From Lama guanicoe (lineage: Eukaryota), in the NCBI GenBank assembly GCA_013239625.1, contig MU053758.1, positions 2,604,001-2,668,000 on the forward strand: a stretch of DNA of 64,000 nt, in the 5' to 3' direction. Positions 26,491 to 38,816 of this stretch are shown here, piece by piece. The position numbers and the translations under genes are program-made. The notes under the pieces were generated by a model that saw only the letters and a program-made list of their open reading frames with translations, did no database searches and had not been told where the DNA came from. Position 1 is the first letter of the stretch, and every line of letters starts with the position of its first letter.

Positions 26491-28337
26491 ATGGGGATGG
26501 TGAGGATGGACTGGGGAAGGGAGCACCCAGAGACTTGGTTGAATTGTTGAAGAGCTAACACAGAGTTAGGAACACCCAGTGTCAGGCTTCTCACCCAGCT
26601 GCAGCAGGGTGGAGACAACAATGTAAAGGGCGTAGACAGTTCGTGCCTGGGGGTCACAGCCCATATTCTGGGGCTGCTCCCTCCAGTCCTGCTTCAGGAT
26701 AGACTCCACCTGGAAGGAAATCCACCAGACTGTAAAAGCTAGGAACAAGGAAATATACTAGAAATGGCACATACATGGACACACTCCTTAATCCTGAGCC
26801 CACGGCAGACACAGTTATCCATCACAGCACTCTCTCCTGCGGAGCCCAGCGAGCCTCACACCCTCAGCATAGTGACAGGCACTGCTCATCAGTCAGCGTT
26901 GGCACTCAAGGTGGAGCCAGCCACCCTCCCGGGACTAACAGTTTTCCACCCGCTCTCTTGCCCACAGGCAAGCAATAGAGCCTGAAAAGCACATCCCTAA
27001 TTGTCCCAGAAACTGTATGTCTAGGGAATTGCCACAAACCGGCTACACAGACAGGAGCTGACAGAATTATAAAGGAGAGAGAGGCTGGTTCCTAGGTCCC
27101 TTGAGAGCATGCGCATTCACTTCCAGTGGGACTTGGGCCCTCAGCACAGGCTGTCTTACCTTGTTCTTCAACAGGGGCAGGGTCCCCTTCTCTAGGACCT
27201 CAGCCACAAGCTGCCGCTCCTCAGACAGCTCTGGGGGCAAAAAAGAGGGTGACTGGCAGAGAGGAGAGGCACGTAATGGGACAGGGCTTCACTGTCTGGT
27301 CAGACCTGGGACAAGCATCAGAGGAGGTTCCCGAGAGCCCCCGGGGGCCAGATGGGGGTTATTCCAAATGGGCTCCTGCTTTCCTCTTAGCCTGGGGAAG
27401 GGAAGGGGAAGCAGTCCCTCAATCCCTGGCCTGGGGAAGATGGCTAGTTTCTGAAATGTGAAGGTCTATGCCTCACAAAATGTAAAAGGCAATGTATACC
27501 CCCTTCCTCCCAAGATTTGATGCCCCACAGGCTCCTCTGCTCAGCGTCTCCTCCAGGTCAGCTCACATCCAAACCCTTCCTCACCTGTCATGGCATCCAG
27601 GACATCCCAAATGGCTTCTGTGTGCACTTCTACCAAGATCCCAACAGCATTAAAAAGGCTGCTTATGAAAAGAAATGCTGGGCCTTCTATCTGTAGCTCA
27701 CCAGACCTCAGGACATCAGACACCTAGGGCCAGGACAGGGGAGATGAGCCCAGTCCCATGATAGCAGACTGTCTTCAGTGTGTCACCTGCCCTCCCCACG
27801 GGCTCCTCTCTCCCTCTGCCCCAGTCCTTCCTTGGGCCTCTTACTCTTTGCTGTAGATCCTGCAGCTGTTCATCCCTGCTGAGGCGCTCAGTGAGGCAGC
27901 TTAGCACCTCTTTTCGCTCATCCTCAGTCAGATCCTGGAGGGCTCTCATCATGTCCTGCACCTTCTCCTCCATGTTTCTGAAATCCTCCAAATTCAAGGA
28001 CTTCCCTGTAGAAGCAGAAATTAAGAACCCAACCCACAGCCCAGCAAGCTCCATTACCTAGGCCCCCATTTTTCTGTCTTTATTCTGGAGACCACCTCTC
28101 TGTATCTTCCCTTCTTCTAATCTTTTCCTGTTAAAACAAAGCATCTTTCTTCCTAGACATCCATCATCATTGCCTCCCACTGGCCCCACATCCACCTTCC
28201 CAGCTCAGCCTCAGTCTAGTACCAAATCCAAATTCTTCTCCACCTCCAGGAAATCAAAGCCTATTTAGTCCTTGCCATTCAAAGTACAGTCTCTGGACAG
28301 CAGTAGGAGTAGTGAAGATTTGGAGGAAATTAGAGCA

Positions 28338-28520
28338 TTGGTTCTCAGCCTTGACAGTGCATGAGACTCACTTGGGGAGTGATTAAAAATCCCAATGTCC
28401 AGATCAGGCCACATCCCCGGATCAATTAAATCAGAATTTCTGGAGGTGGGACTCAGGTATCACTAGTTTTAAAGTTCCCCCCAGGTGATGTCTACGTACA
28501 ACCAATGAGAATCACTGTAG
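28338..28520. mobile_element. MER5A-like hAT DNA transposon (related copies at about 51535-51690 and 52895-53058)
   Basis: cattggttctcagccttgac...aatcagaatttctggaggtgggactcagg...ccccaggtgat...tgagaatcactg with terminal inverted repeats. Confidence 0.7.
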
Positions 28521-29946
28521 TGTTTAGGGAGGCAGATGCAATCCCCAGACTAAAGCTGAAAACTACTTTGGACACTGCCCAACCCTTCTCCTCCCAACAC
28601 ACCCCACTACCAGGCACACACACACATACTCAGCTGCCACACCTGAGCTGAACTCCTTGCGGCCACAGGACCCAAGGGTGAGGGGTGCAGCTACCCTGCA
28701 CACAACTGGCCCCCATCCTTACCTAACCAAGGTGAACCACCATCTTTTGCTGCAAAGAGAGGAAGAAGAGTCTTCAGACTAATCTCATAGAGTCTTCAGG
28801 TCACCTCCACCTCAATGTGGACATTCTTTTCCCAGTGGTGGAAGTTTTCATTTCTGGACTCTGAGCCCTCACGGCCAATGCCAGGGAGCCTGCATCCTCG
28901 TCATTGTGTGTCAGTGACAAAGCACTATATTTGCAGACCCTTTCCTACATCTCAGAGATGGGCAGCCATAGGATTAGGCCTAGAATGATTGAAGGAGAAA
29001 TGGAAGCCCAGAGAGGGTGCACCACGCCCTCAGCCACTCGGCAAATTTGGGTCAGGGCACAAACTGGAATCTGTCCCCTGACTCCTCTGTTACAGAACTT
29101 TGGAGTGACAGAGATGCACTCTTTTGAGCTAGCCAGGTCTTGCCAGGACTGAACCTGCAACTTCTACAACTTCCAGAAATTTTTCTTGAATTTTCTACCC
29201 CATCTAGATCTCTCCCTACTCCTTCCCAAGACCTCTTAGGCTGTACAACCCTTATGGGATTCGGGGAAAGACTCTGAAATTCCAGAGGAAGCCACATTCA
29301 GAATCATCAGGATCTTCTAGTCTAGTCCTAGCTCATATTGAAGTCAGTATAACCATGGCTCAGGAAGCTCCAGAGCTGGCAAGCAGCACAGCCAGCACTA
29401 GATCGGCCCTGAGACCGTCTGACTCCCAGCCCATTGCTCCTTTCACAGCTAGTGCTGTCATGTGAGAACTGGCCAGGCAACTCAATTGTGCTTCCTTGGC
29501 CAACAAGCCTTCAGTAGGGGCTGTGAGCCCAGGATCCAGCACACTGACCTGCACAGAGCCAATCGAAGTTAGCGGCGCCTGGAAACCCTGGGCTAACATG
29601 CAATCCAACCTGCTATTCCAAGAGGCAGACTCTTCTCCTGCCCTGACCACAGTTCCCAGCTGGGCGCATCCTATTACATTCTCAGCACTCATAACTCTAT
29701 AATTCCAAGCCATTTGTTATTCTCTTCTTTAAACTAGTATCCTTGCCCATTCTGGAACAATGAACAGGGGCCCAGAAGCTCACTCACCTTCTGGAAAGGA
29801 TTTTGTTTTGCCCAAAAAAAAAAAAAAAAAAAAAAACCTAAACCAGTCAAAAAAGAGACAGAGAAAGACCAATTATCACAAAGTCCAGTTCTCTCTCTGT
29901 AAGTTCTTCTTCCTAGCTTCTCCCCAGTCTTCCCACCCTGCCCCCA

Positions 29947-29947
<1 letters not shown>

Positions 29948-29980
<33 letters not shown>

Positions 29981-29992
29981 ATACACACACAC
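29948..29992 (+). repeat. (CA)n microsatellite in GSDMB intron 5
   Basis: Directly visible acacacac... run with two interruptions. Confidence 0.95.
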
Positions 29993-30426
29993 AATACTGG
30001 GAGAGAGATGGGAGTTAACACCTCTAGAGAAGAATTAGTGTCATGGGGGGGCAAGTCCTGGGTCAGTGGTTTCTGAGCAAGGACCCTCCATCCTTCTTCC
30101 CAGTCCTGAACCCTCCCTCTTCCCTGGAACTTCCCCCCACTTTCAAGCTCACCCGGGGCCCCTCCAGGCTGACACAGAACCTGGCAGAATTGACCCCCAC
30201 CCACCTCATGTACTCAGCCCCCCAACCCCAGGCCTTGCTTACTCATTGTCTCCGTCTTGGGGAAGACCAGCTGCTTTATTCGATAGCCCAGGACCTTCTT
30301 AGGGGAAATGGACACTGCCATTTGGTGCTAGGAAAAAGGCGCTCACATTTATTAATCCATAGGTGCTTGACATAGTTATCTTGTCTGATCTCCCAAACAA
30401 TCCTGGGAGGTAGACTTTTTTATCCT

Positions 30427-30514
30427 TTTTTTTTTTTAATGGAGGCACTGGAGAATGAATCTGGGACCTCACAAGCTAAGCATGCACTCTACCACTGAGC
30501 TCTACCCACTCCCC
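30427..30514 (-). mobile_element. tRNA-derived SINE
   Basis: T-run then aatggaggcactggagaatgaatctgggacctc...gcatgcactctaccactgagctctacccactcccc. Confidence 0.75.
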
Positions 30515-33500
30515 ATCCTCGTTTTACAGATGAGAAAACCTGGGCTCTGAGAGGGTCAGTACATAAGCCTGTTTTCACAGCAGCAGAGCCGACATTTAAA
30601 CCAGCATCTGACCCCAAAACTCATGTGGTTCCTAATTCATTCAACAAATACTTATTGAGGACAAAATATGCCTGTTTTGTTCCAGGCATTGTGGCTCCTG
30701 TCTTCTGCCTCCTAGAAAGGGAGGTAGGCAATGAACAAGCAAAACACAACCATGTAATTATGAGCCGTGGGAAGCGCTATGGTGCAAATGAAAACAGAGG
30801 ATCACTAGAGAGTAACAGGAGAGCAACTTATGATGCCACTAAGCGCGGGTGCCAGAGTCATGAGAAGGCCAAGGAGCAGGCAAGACTCCTCAGAGAGGTT
30901 GAAAGGAAGAGTCGAAGAGCCTGGCGTCTGGACCGGCATCCCCCAGACCTGCAAGGGATGAGCGAAGGCTGACTCTCCCACAGCCCCTGCCTCCCAGGAT
31001 CCTAACCTTGTATTCATATTGGAGATTCAAAAAATCCATCAGGATCTTCAAAATACATCACTTTCCACTTTCCATGGTTTCCTCCTTTGTCGTTTCCAGA
31101 GTTTCTGTCACCAGATACAGGTCTTCTTTCACATTCTGGATTGATCGGAATGAAAGGGGCAGTTCCCTCTTCAGCTTCCTGGACAAAGTAGAGAGGAAAT
31201 GAGAGGGGCCCCACCTCCCAGGAGCATTTATTTCTCCTTCTCCACCAGCTACTTCCTATTTAAGAGTAAGTGCTTCTGAGGCTGGAAAACCAAGGAACAC
31301 AGCACTCCCTCCCCATCGCTGTTCACTTTACGCCCTGTCAGGGGAAGGGGGTGCAAGGTGGGAGGGGAACCCGCTTGCATTTATGGACGCCCACAGTGCG
31401 CCAGCACCATGAGACACCTCACGCATCATTCCACTTAACCCTCACCACAACCTTACGTCGTGGGCAGGATTGCATCTACTTTTCATGTGAGGAAATTGAG
31501 GCTTTCGAGACAGGTCGTGAATGGTCCAAGTTCACACAGCTCATAAGGGTAGAGCTGGGTTTCAAACCCTGTCGGCATGAGTCCAAAGCCTGTGGTGCCC
31601 TTCGCTTGGCCCTGAGAAGGGCATCTGCCCAGTCCCAGACACCCCATCTCTGAGAGGGTCTCCAGCTCCCCGTGCTGGTTTCTCGGGCCTGGCCACATTG
31701 TCCACACTTGGGGCCCATGAGGCATCTCTCATTCCACAAGGAAATTCATTTTGTGACCTAAAACAACCTGATGGAATTTCTGGTATTTGCAACCAAAAGA
31801 CGCCTTAAGAAAGACTTACATCCCTCCCTGACCTTCTTTTACCTATCCTGTACCCTCCCCACAACTCTATTTACACATTCCACAAATCCTCACCCTAGAA
31901 ACAACAGGCATTCTAGAAGAAATTGAGTTCCCTTAGAAAAACTCCAAAGGCCCCTCCCCGGCAATACCCTGGTGGGTAGTAGATCAAAGGATCAGTAAAA
32001 TTTCACCGTAAGACTTTCAGTTTTTAATTGAAAAAGGAAAAACAAAAGGCATCCACCCTGCTCAGCGAGAGCTAGCCTAGGAAAACAGTGGGGCCCCTTC
32101 CCCTGAGCTGTCCACACTTTCCAACAACTCCAGCCAGGGAAGAAAACACCAATGCCAACAACAAGACGATTGCTGCTGATGTCCCTCTAAGTCCTTTGGA
32201 AAGACCATGCCCTCAGCTATCAGAACTTCTGTGGCACTAGTTTGGTGCCACCCTGGTGGGGTGGGTGGCGGCACTTCCTGTGCAGAAAATGTTTGACAGG
32301 GGCGCTTCAATTTCATTGTGCTTCACTTTAGTTCTCTTACTGAATACTTCCTGTGTGCTGGGGATAAACAGAGAGCTGAGTAAAGTCTGTTCTCAGCGCA
32401 GTGTAGGAGAGGGACATGGAAACTAGCGGCTTGCTGCAAGGCAGAGTGAAACACACCCGAACTCCAGATGTGGGCAGCACAGTATAGGAAAGCAGAGGAC
32501 AGTGGCGTCTTGAAACCAGCAGGTTTTGGTCCATGCCAGAGTAACTGGTCACTCTGGTGGACAGCAGGGAAGTGAGTGAATTGGGGGCGTCAGAAGAAGG
32601 ATTCTTGGAATCTGATCCTGGAAGGGCGAGAAGGCTTCCTGAGGATGGAGGAGAGGAAGGAGAGGAAGGCGTGCCTAAGTAAAGGAGTGGACTCGGGGAG
32701 TGCTGGGAGTGGAGAGAGAGAGGCTGCAGCAGCCAGGGTCCCCCCCATCTCGGATGTCCGTGGTGCCCAAAATGGGCTCCTCCTGTCTCGTTCCCCACTG
32801 CAACCCACATCCAGCCTTACCTGTTCTCAAGGGAATCCAGGTCTTTAATAACGTGGTGCTCCACTTCCAGGACCTGCTGAAGTCCATTTCAATGGGTTTT
32901 TTAAGTAATGTCAATGTCTCACTTCCCTTTGAGTCTACGTTGTCCATTAATTGGGATTCAGCTTCTGGGACTGGAAAGAGAAGGTAAAAGGTCACACTGA
33001 GGCTGACCCAAAAGATCTCCCTCTAGAAAATCCTCCCTGGAGCCCCCCATCCTGGGCTCCCTGATCCCCTTCCCTTCTGAGGAAGCCCCCAGCTGGGACT
33101 CTCCAGGAAATGCTGTTCTCACCAGAAATCACCAAGGTTTGAGCCTACTCTGCCACCTTCTTACCAAATGACCTTGGATAAGTCACTTCACCTTTGAATC
33201 TGTTTCCTCATCCATAGAAGGAGAATATTAATAGAACCTATTTCCTGTGCTTGAGGAAATTAAATAAAATAGTCCAGTTAAGCATTGAACAAAGTGCCTG
33301 GCACATATACTAAATGCTCAGTAAATGTGAGCGAGTCCTATTTAACTATTTAAGAGGCTGAAATGAGACAAGGAGATGTAAAACGAAAGGATCAGGAACC
33401 CCTGACAATTGGGAAATAAAAATGAAGCAGAGTTCAAGCTCTGGTGTTTGTGGGAACTGTGCAGGTGTAAAGTGAGGCAACCCTGGAGGACTCTGCCCGG

Positions 33501-36500
33501 CCTTGCAAAAGGCATTGCATCAGGGCCTTGATTCCCAGTCAGTTGCTGCCCCAGGGTTAGTGGGGCACATGTGGAGATGCCGCTGGGCTGAGTGCCTTTC
33601 TCTCAGGCCTCCCAGGTCTGAACCCACAGAGAAGGGAGAGAGAGCTTCTACTGCTGGGTATTGGGAAGCAGAGCTGGATTTCCAGATTTGGGGGGAAAAG
33701 AACGCATTTTGAAACTGGTAGAAACATGACAGACCTAGAAATAGTACCTGAAATCAGTCCTGTGTGTGATACTAATGTCTCAGGGCCCATTTGTTCCTTG
33801 AGCAACATAAAAATTTCTGTGTACTTTATCAGAGAGAAAGAAAAGTCACAGTAAGAAGAAGGGCAGGGGACAAGAGTCACTTTATAGTCATTACCTCAGC
33901 CAGGTGACCAAGGTCAACACCAACAATGACAAGTCAGATTGACAGTACATACCCTTTATGATGCGATGAGAACTGCCATTTACCTCTGCAGTCTTCCTCC
34001 AAAACCCATTACCTTAATCCAGCCATGAAGAAAAAAACATCAAATTCCAGTATAAGGGCATCTTACCTAGGCCTGACCAGTACTCCTTAAAATTTTCAAG
34101 GCCATTGAAAACAAGGAAAGTCTGAGATATTGTCACAGCCAAGAGGAACCTAAGGTGACCTGACAACTAAATGTAACATGGGATCCTGGAACAGAAAAAA
34201 GACACTAGATAAAAACTAAGGAAATCTGCATAAAGTATACACTTTAGAGGAAAAAAAATCCTATGTACACCATCCATACCATATAATTAAAAATAAATAA
34301 GTAATCCATTTGAAAAGTGAGCAGGCCAAGTGGCTGAAAATCAGTTCAAATTACCAGTTCATGTCATTCTTAAGGATTTTTTTTTTTTAAGTTTGGGTTC
34401 ACCTCTGCCTCTGCATTTTTTTTATGCAAAGAGATAGACTTTCCCTCTAGGGAAGTTAACTGACTTAGTCAAATTTTTTTTTTTTCCATACTGAAAGTTT
34501 GCCTCTGCCCCTGGGGAGTAACATGATCATTGCAAAACATCCTAGTCTTGGTTTAAAGTTTTGGTTTTTGGTTTTTGGTTTTTTTCTGTTTTCAGCGAAC
34601 TGGTCATTTGGCAAACTGATTTTTTTGAGAACTAGCTTTTAGTAAACTGAGTCTTGGCAATTTTCTTTTCAGAGAACGGACTCACAGAGTCTTTGAAAAA
34701 TGCTCATCTGAAATTTTTCTAAAGCCCCTTGCTTGCTAAATTAAACTTCACTGGTGGAAAAGCCCACCACCTCAGAGTAATACCAGCACTGCTCTTGGTC
34801 ACATAGCAGCAGTGCCTGGCACAGGACAGGTGCTCTCAAACTGTACAGTGGTGGTGACAGAATTCTTTTCTATCTCTTGGTCACCAACAAACTTCCCATT
34901 CAGTCATAATCTCCAGGAAACCGGAGGGGATAATAAAATAATGATTGGGGAGAACTTTTATTGACTGCTCCCCTGAGCAGACACTGTGGTAAATGATTTA
35001 CGTAAATTACCTCATTTGATTCTTGCAAGTTTTCTCGAGTTGACAGATAAGGAAACAAACTTAGGTAAAGCAACTTGTCCAGAGGTCACCCAGCCCGTCA
35101 GCAGAAGAGTCAGGCTTAGAAGCCAAATGCCGCCAAGCCTGCACCCTTTCTTAACCACTAAGCAAACTGCCTCCATTTATTTATCTATTTAAATGATAAA
35201 TATATAAACATGTAAGAAGACCTCAGCTAATTTAAAATTATTTACAAAGGGAAAAAACAGGAAATTAAGACTATTTAGGAATAGTTTCCAATAAAAATAA
35301 ATTTCCACTTCCCCTATTCCCTTCTCCCCACGCAGCTCTCCCATACATTTCTTAAATTGAGGTGTATGGACGTGTGCATACGAATTCCACGGTTTCTTTG
35401 TTGACTGGTTGACTTGGTTGATAGCAGTGGGGAGTTGAGACTGGGGTAGAGTAAGAGTGGGCAAAGTCTCCTGGCTCCATCTCTCACTCACCTCATACTG
35501 ACCTCGGAGCCCAGAATCCAGCTTATCAAACAGCTCTTCACCCTCTTCCATCTCCAGTATGTCCTTCAGAGTGAGGTCTGTCTTGTCATATTGGTAGCCA
35601 AGAAAACGCTTCTTCTTCTCCACCAGACAGAAGCAGTGGAATCTGTCAGCATCAATGATGCTTCTGACAGCAATCATATCCCCTCCAGGGTCCATCTCTT
35701 GGACCACAGCTCTTGTGTTTTCCTCAAATACCGTGGGCATTGTGCCTGGACCAACTTGGAAGAGGAAGCCAATTTCAGTTTGGGGGTGGTGGGGTGGATA
35801 CTGGTTCACGTTTTTAAATCTACCTTTGGCAGCCTGGGGTCAAGAAATATTTAAAAGTTCTAGGACAACCAGGACTTGGAATGATTTGCCTTCCCTGTTT
35901 TTAAGAAGGTGTGGTGGTCACTGCACACTAAGGTGGAATGACTACCACAAAGGCCAATTCTCCTCTGCCCTTCATGGAACCCTCTGGAGGAAAGAGAGAG
36001 CAGTGATTGCCCCAAAAGGAAAATAAGACCTGTTTTCTGCATCTCCCACAGCAGAGTTGCCCCTCACTCAGAGGGGCCTGAGGGGTGGGAAGGCAGGCCC
36101 ACCAGCCCCAGCCAGACCCTCACCAGTGTTGATGAAAGAGGATCCAGAAAGAGAAGAGGGGCTTGGCTGCCAGACCTCACATTACCAACCCCAACAGACA
36201 ACTCCTTCCCTTGGTTCTGACTCCTGGGCCTCCCTCCCTGCCTATTCTGCAAGGCAGTTGGATGGGTGTCCCCACCAACCATTGCCCACTGAGATGTTGC
36301 TAAATTGGCCTCAGAAGGAAGCAAAAAAGGTGGAGTACAAGAGTATCTTGGAGCTGGATGCCCTGGACAGCCCCCTACATCCAAGTCCTGTCTCCTCAGT
36401 TTCTGGTCACCTTCTAAAGGGTCCTCTTATACTTGGTAAAATAAAATGAATCCCCAAACCCCACCTAGGGCATCTCCCACCAGCCACTCTCCCCGCCACC

Positions 36501-37023
36501 CTCTCCGGGTTTACATTGGCCTCTGTACCTCTCCATCTTGCCTGCCCTGCAGAACCCTCCAAGGCCCATCGCAGGTCCAACCTGACACGATGGCTCCTCC
36601 CCTACTTCTGGTCAGTGGCAGCTCTTTGTCCCCACCACACCAAACCCTTTGGGTTCTCTTCCCTCCAAATCTTTCTTACTCTCTCCCTTTCCATCAATCA
36701 CTCTGCAATTCCCCCCTTTTGAAATCTCTTTCCTTTTCTTCAGGCTCCTTTGCTTCCCTTCTGGGGCCAGGCTTCCCCTCACAAGCTTCCTGGGCTCCAT
36801 ATCCACCCCCCCCCACCTCTGGCCACCTTCCCCTCTGTCCCTTCTGGCTGGTCCAGGTAACTAGTCACCCATGCTCCCTTCTCTATCCCTGCCCTGTCAT
36901 GGTGGTCAGCTCTCAACTCACTCCCAACTGATGAATACTTCTGGGTGTATGGAAGGGCAGTGCCCAGGGCCCACAGGTCCATCTCAGGGGCCACCCACCT
37001 CTTTTTTGTCCTCAGCTACTCAC

Positions 37024-37100
37024 CAATAATGGAGGTTGTAAGAATCCCCTGTGGGTAAGATCTCTGCACGGTTCCTGTGTTTAAGGAAGCTATAATAAGA
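37024..37100 (-). other. GSDMB: Probable non-coding 5' exon of GSDMB
   Basis: Strong donor ttg|GTGAGT at 37024/37023, about 1.3 kb upstream of the acceptor at 35755 that lies 14 nt before the ATG. The 5' boundary is uncertain. Confidence 0.45.
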
Positions 37101-38810
37101 GAACAGGAGAAAAAAAAAAACTAGAAAGCTGGGTGCCCCACCTCTCATTTATCTAAAGATAAGCCACATGATGTCTGGGCCGGAGACAGAGAGGCCAAAG
37201 GTAAGAAACCAACCCTTCCCTCCTCTTGGACCCAGGAAACAGGTAGGAGATAGATATTCACCTGGTATATATTCTAGGTGAGTTTGGGCTACAGAATGGT
37301 ACAGAACAAGGGATACTGAGCTGTGAGTTCGGAATAGAGAAATAGAATATGGGTACCAACCAAGTGACCGCAGGTAATGGCTATGGCTGTGCCAAGGATA
37401 TGACGAGAGAGACCTCATGGGAAAACCAGCCCCCCAGATCCCATGGTTGGGTAGGGGGGGACACCAAAGACTCAGGGAGCAACAGCAGCAAACATCTGTA
37501 GGGAACAGACTGGGCAGGTAAGGAGGACTCAGCTCCGCTGCCCACATCCTCCCTCAAGAGAGAGGCATCACCTGTCCTCTCCACCCACCTCCTCTAGGAT
37601 GAGCCCTCCGGCCCCACCCCAGTCCTCAGAGACAACCACCTGGGTGAGCCCAGCCTGTCTTCTGGCCCCTGCCTCCCTGAGTTCTGAAAGAACAATTAAG
37701 GAGATGGTAATGGCGGTAAAAAATTAACAATAATCAAACGGCTACCATGTGTTAAGTATTTACAACGTGCCAGGCGTTGTGCTAACACTCACAACAGCCC
37801 TACGAGGTAATATCCCTATACAAGAGGGGAAGAGACTGAAGCTCAGAGAAGTAACCTGACAAGCCACAAGACTAGTAAGTGACGGACCTAGGATTTGAAC
37901 CAATTGCTGTTAATGTGCCCCAGACCTTCACCCTGACTGCGCTCCTGCAGATCCATGCAAGCCCCCAGGGTGCCCCAACCCCAGGACTGAGCCCAGGTGG
38001 CTGCATGTCTCCTCCCAGTGCGGTGTGGGCCTCCCTCAGGGGCAGGTAGGGAGGCTGGGGAAGGGACTAGGGCAAAGATCCTGCACTCTTCCTGATATCC
38101 ACTTCCAAGGACACTGTGATGCTGGGCCAGGGCCAGAGAGGGGCCGAGGCTCCAGAGGGAAGCTGCTCCCTTCTACCTGGACTATGGGCCTGTCCTGGGG
38201 ACAGCAGATGATACTGCACAGAGCACGAGGTAAGGACTCCTCCCTTTCCCGGCCATTGGAGCCTAAATATGTCCTGAGGGGTTACCTCTTCCCCTCCCAC
38301 TCCCACTTAGGGCCGGCAGGGGGAAGCGGGAAGATTCCCCTGAAGACACAAAGGCCCGGAGGAGATGTAGCCCTCCAAGGGAAGGAGGAGAAGTGAAATG
38401 GGGGAGGAATTCAGAGGAAAGGACTGAGCACCCCTTGGGACTTTATGAAGCCATTGTTGAACTGACCCCTCCCTGGCCATGGCACAAGCCATCCCTCTGC
38501 CAGCCCAGCCTGGCTCAGCCAGCCTGTGGAGCCCAGAGGTGTTAAGTCCTGTCAGAGGAAGAGCCAGGATGCTGCTCTCTGGCCGGCTTGCTTGCGGCCT
38601 CGGCCAGTTCTCACAGCCCATACAGCCGCTCCAGCTTGCTCTGCGGGAGGGAGGCAGCGGGAGGAGCAGCAGTCCCAGGGTCCCTCCCACCATCCGAAGG
38701 GTCGGACTGATGCTCCCACAATCCCATCCCCCCAACTCCGCCCTGCCTCCTCCCCCAGAGCCCTCCAGGAAGCAGAGGCCAGACTCAGGCGAAACAGGAA
38801 CACATCGTCC

Positions 38811-38816
38811 TTTATT
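38811..38816 (-). terminator. Probable ORMDL3 polyadenylation signal
   Basis: AATAAA on the minus strand (tttatt on plus), about 1.48 kb after the ORMDL3 stop. Confidence 0.7.

Larger units (their letters stand above)
26566..35740 (-). pseudogene. GSDMB: Gasdermin B, apparently disabled (frameshift, nonsense codon and exon-6 homopolymer expansion)
   Basis: Coding exons (minus strand): 35740-35503 (MPTVFEENTRAVVQEMDPGGDMIAVRSIIDADRF), 32970-32821, 31178-31007 (RKLKRELPLSFRSI...DLYLVTETLET), 30327-30243, 29837-29788, 28749-28723, 28005-27845, 27723-27585, 27230-27160, 26709-26566. All GT-AG. Exon 3 is 150 nt and exits in phase 1 while exon 4 needs phase 2. In-frame TGA at 31060-31058. Exon 6 is 50 nt. 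Confidence 0.9.

Noticed and set aside
34590..34682. Spaced repeat resembling a CRISPR-like array
   Set aside because: Mammalian intron; the units are short, degenerate and contiguous with no unique spacers and no cas genes.
35492..35502. Alternative GSDMB exon-2 donor (gag|GTGAGT) as a rescue of the exon-3 frameshift
   Set aside because: Using it puts exon 3 in phase 0, which reaches TAA after seven codons.
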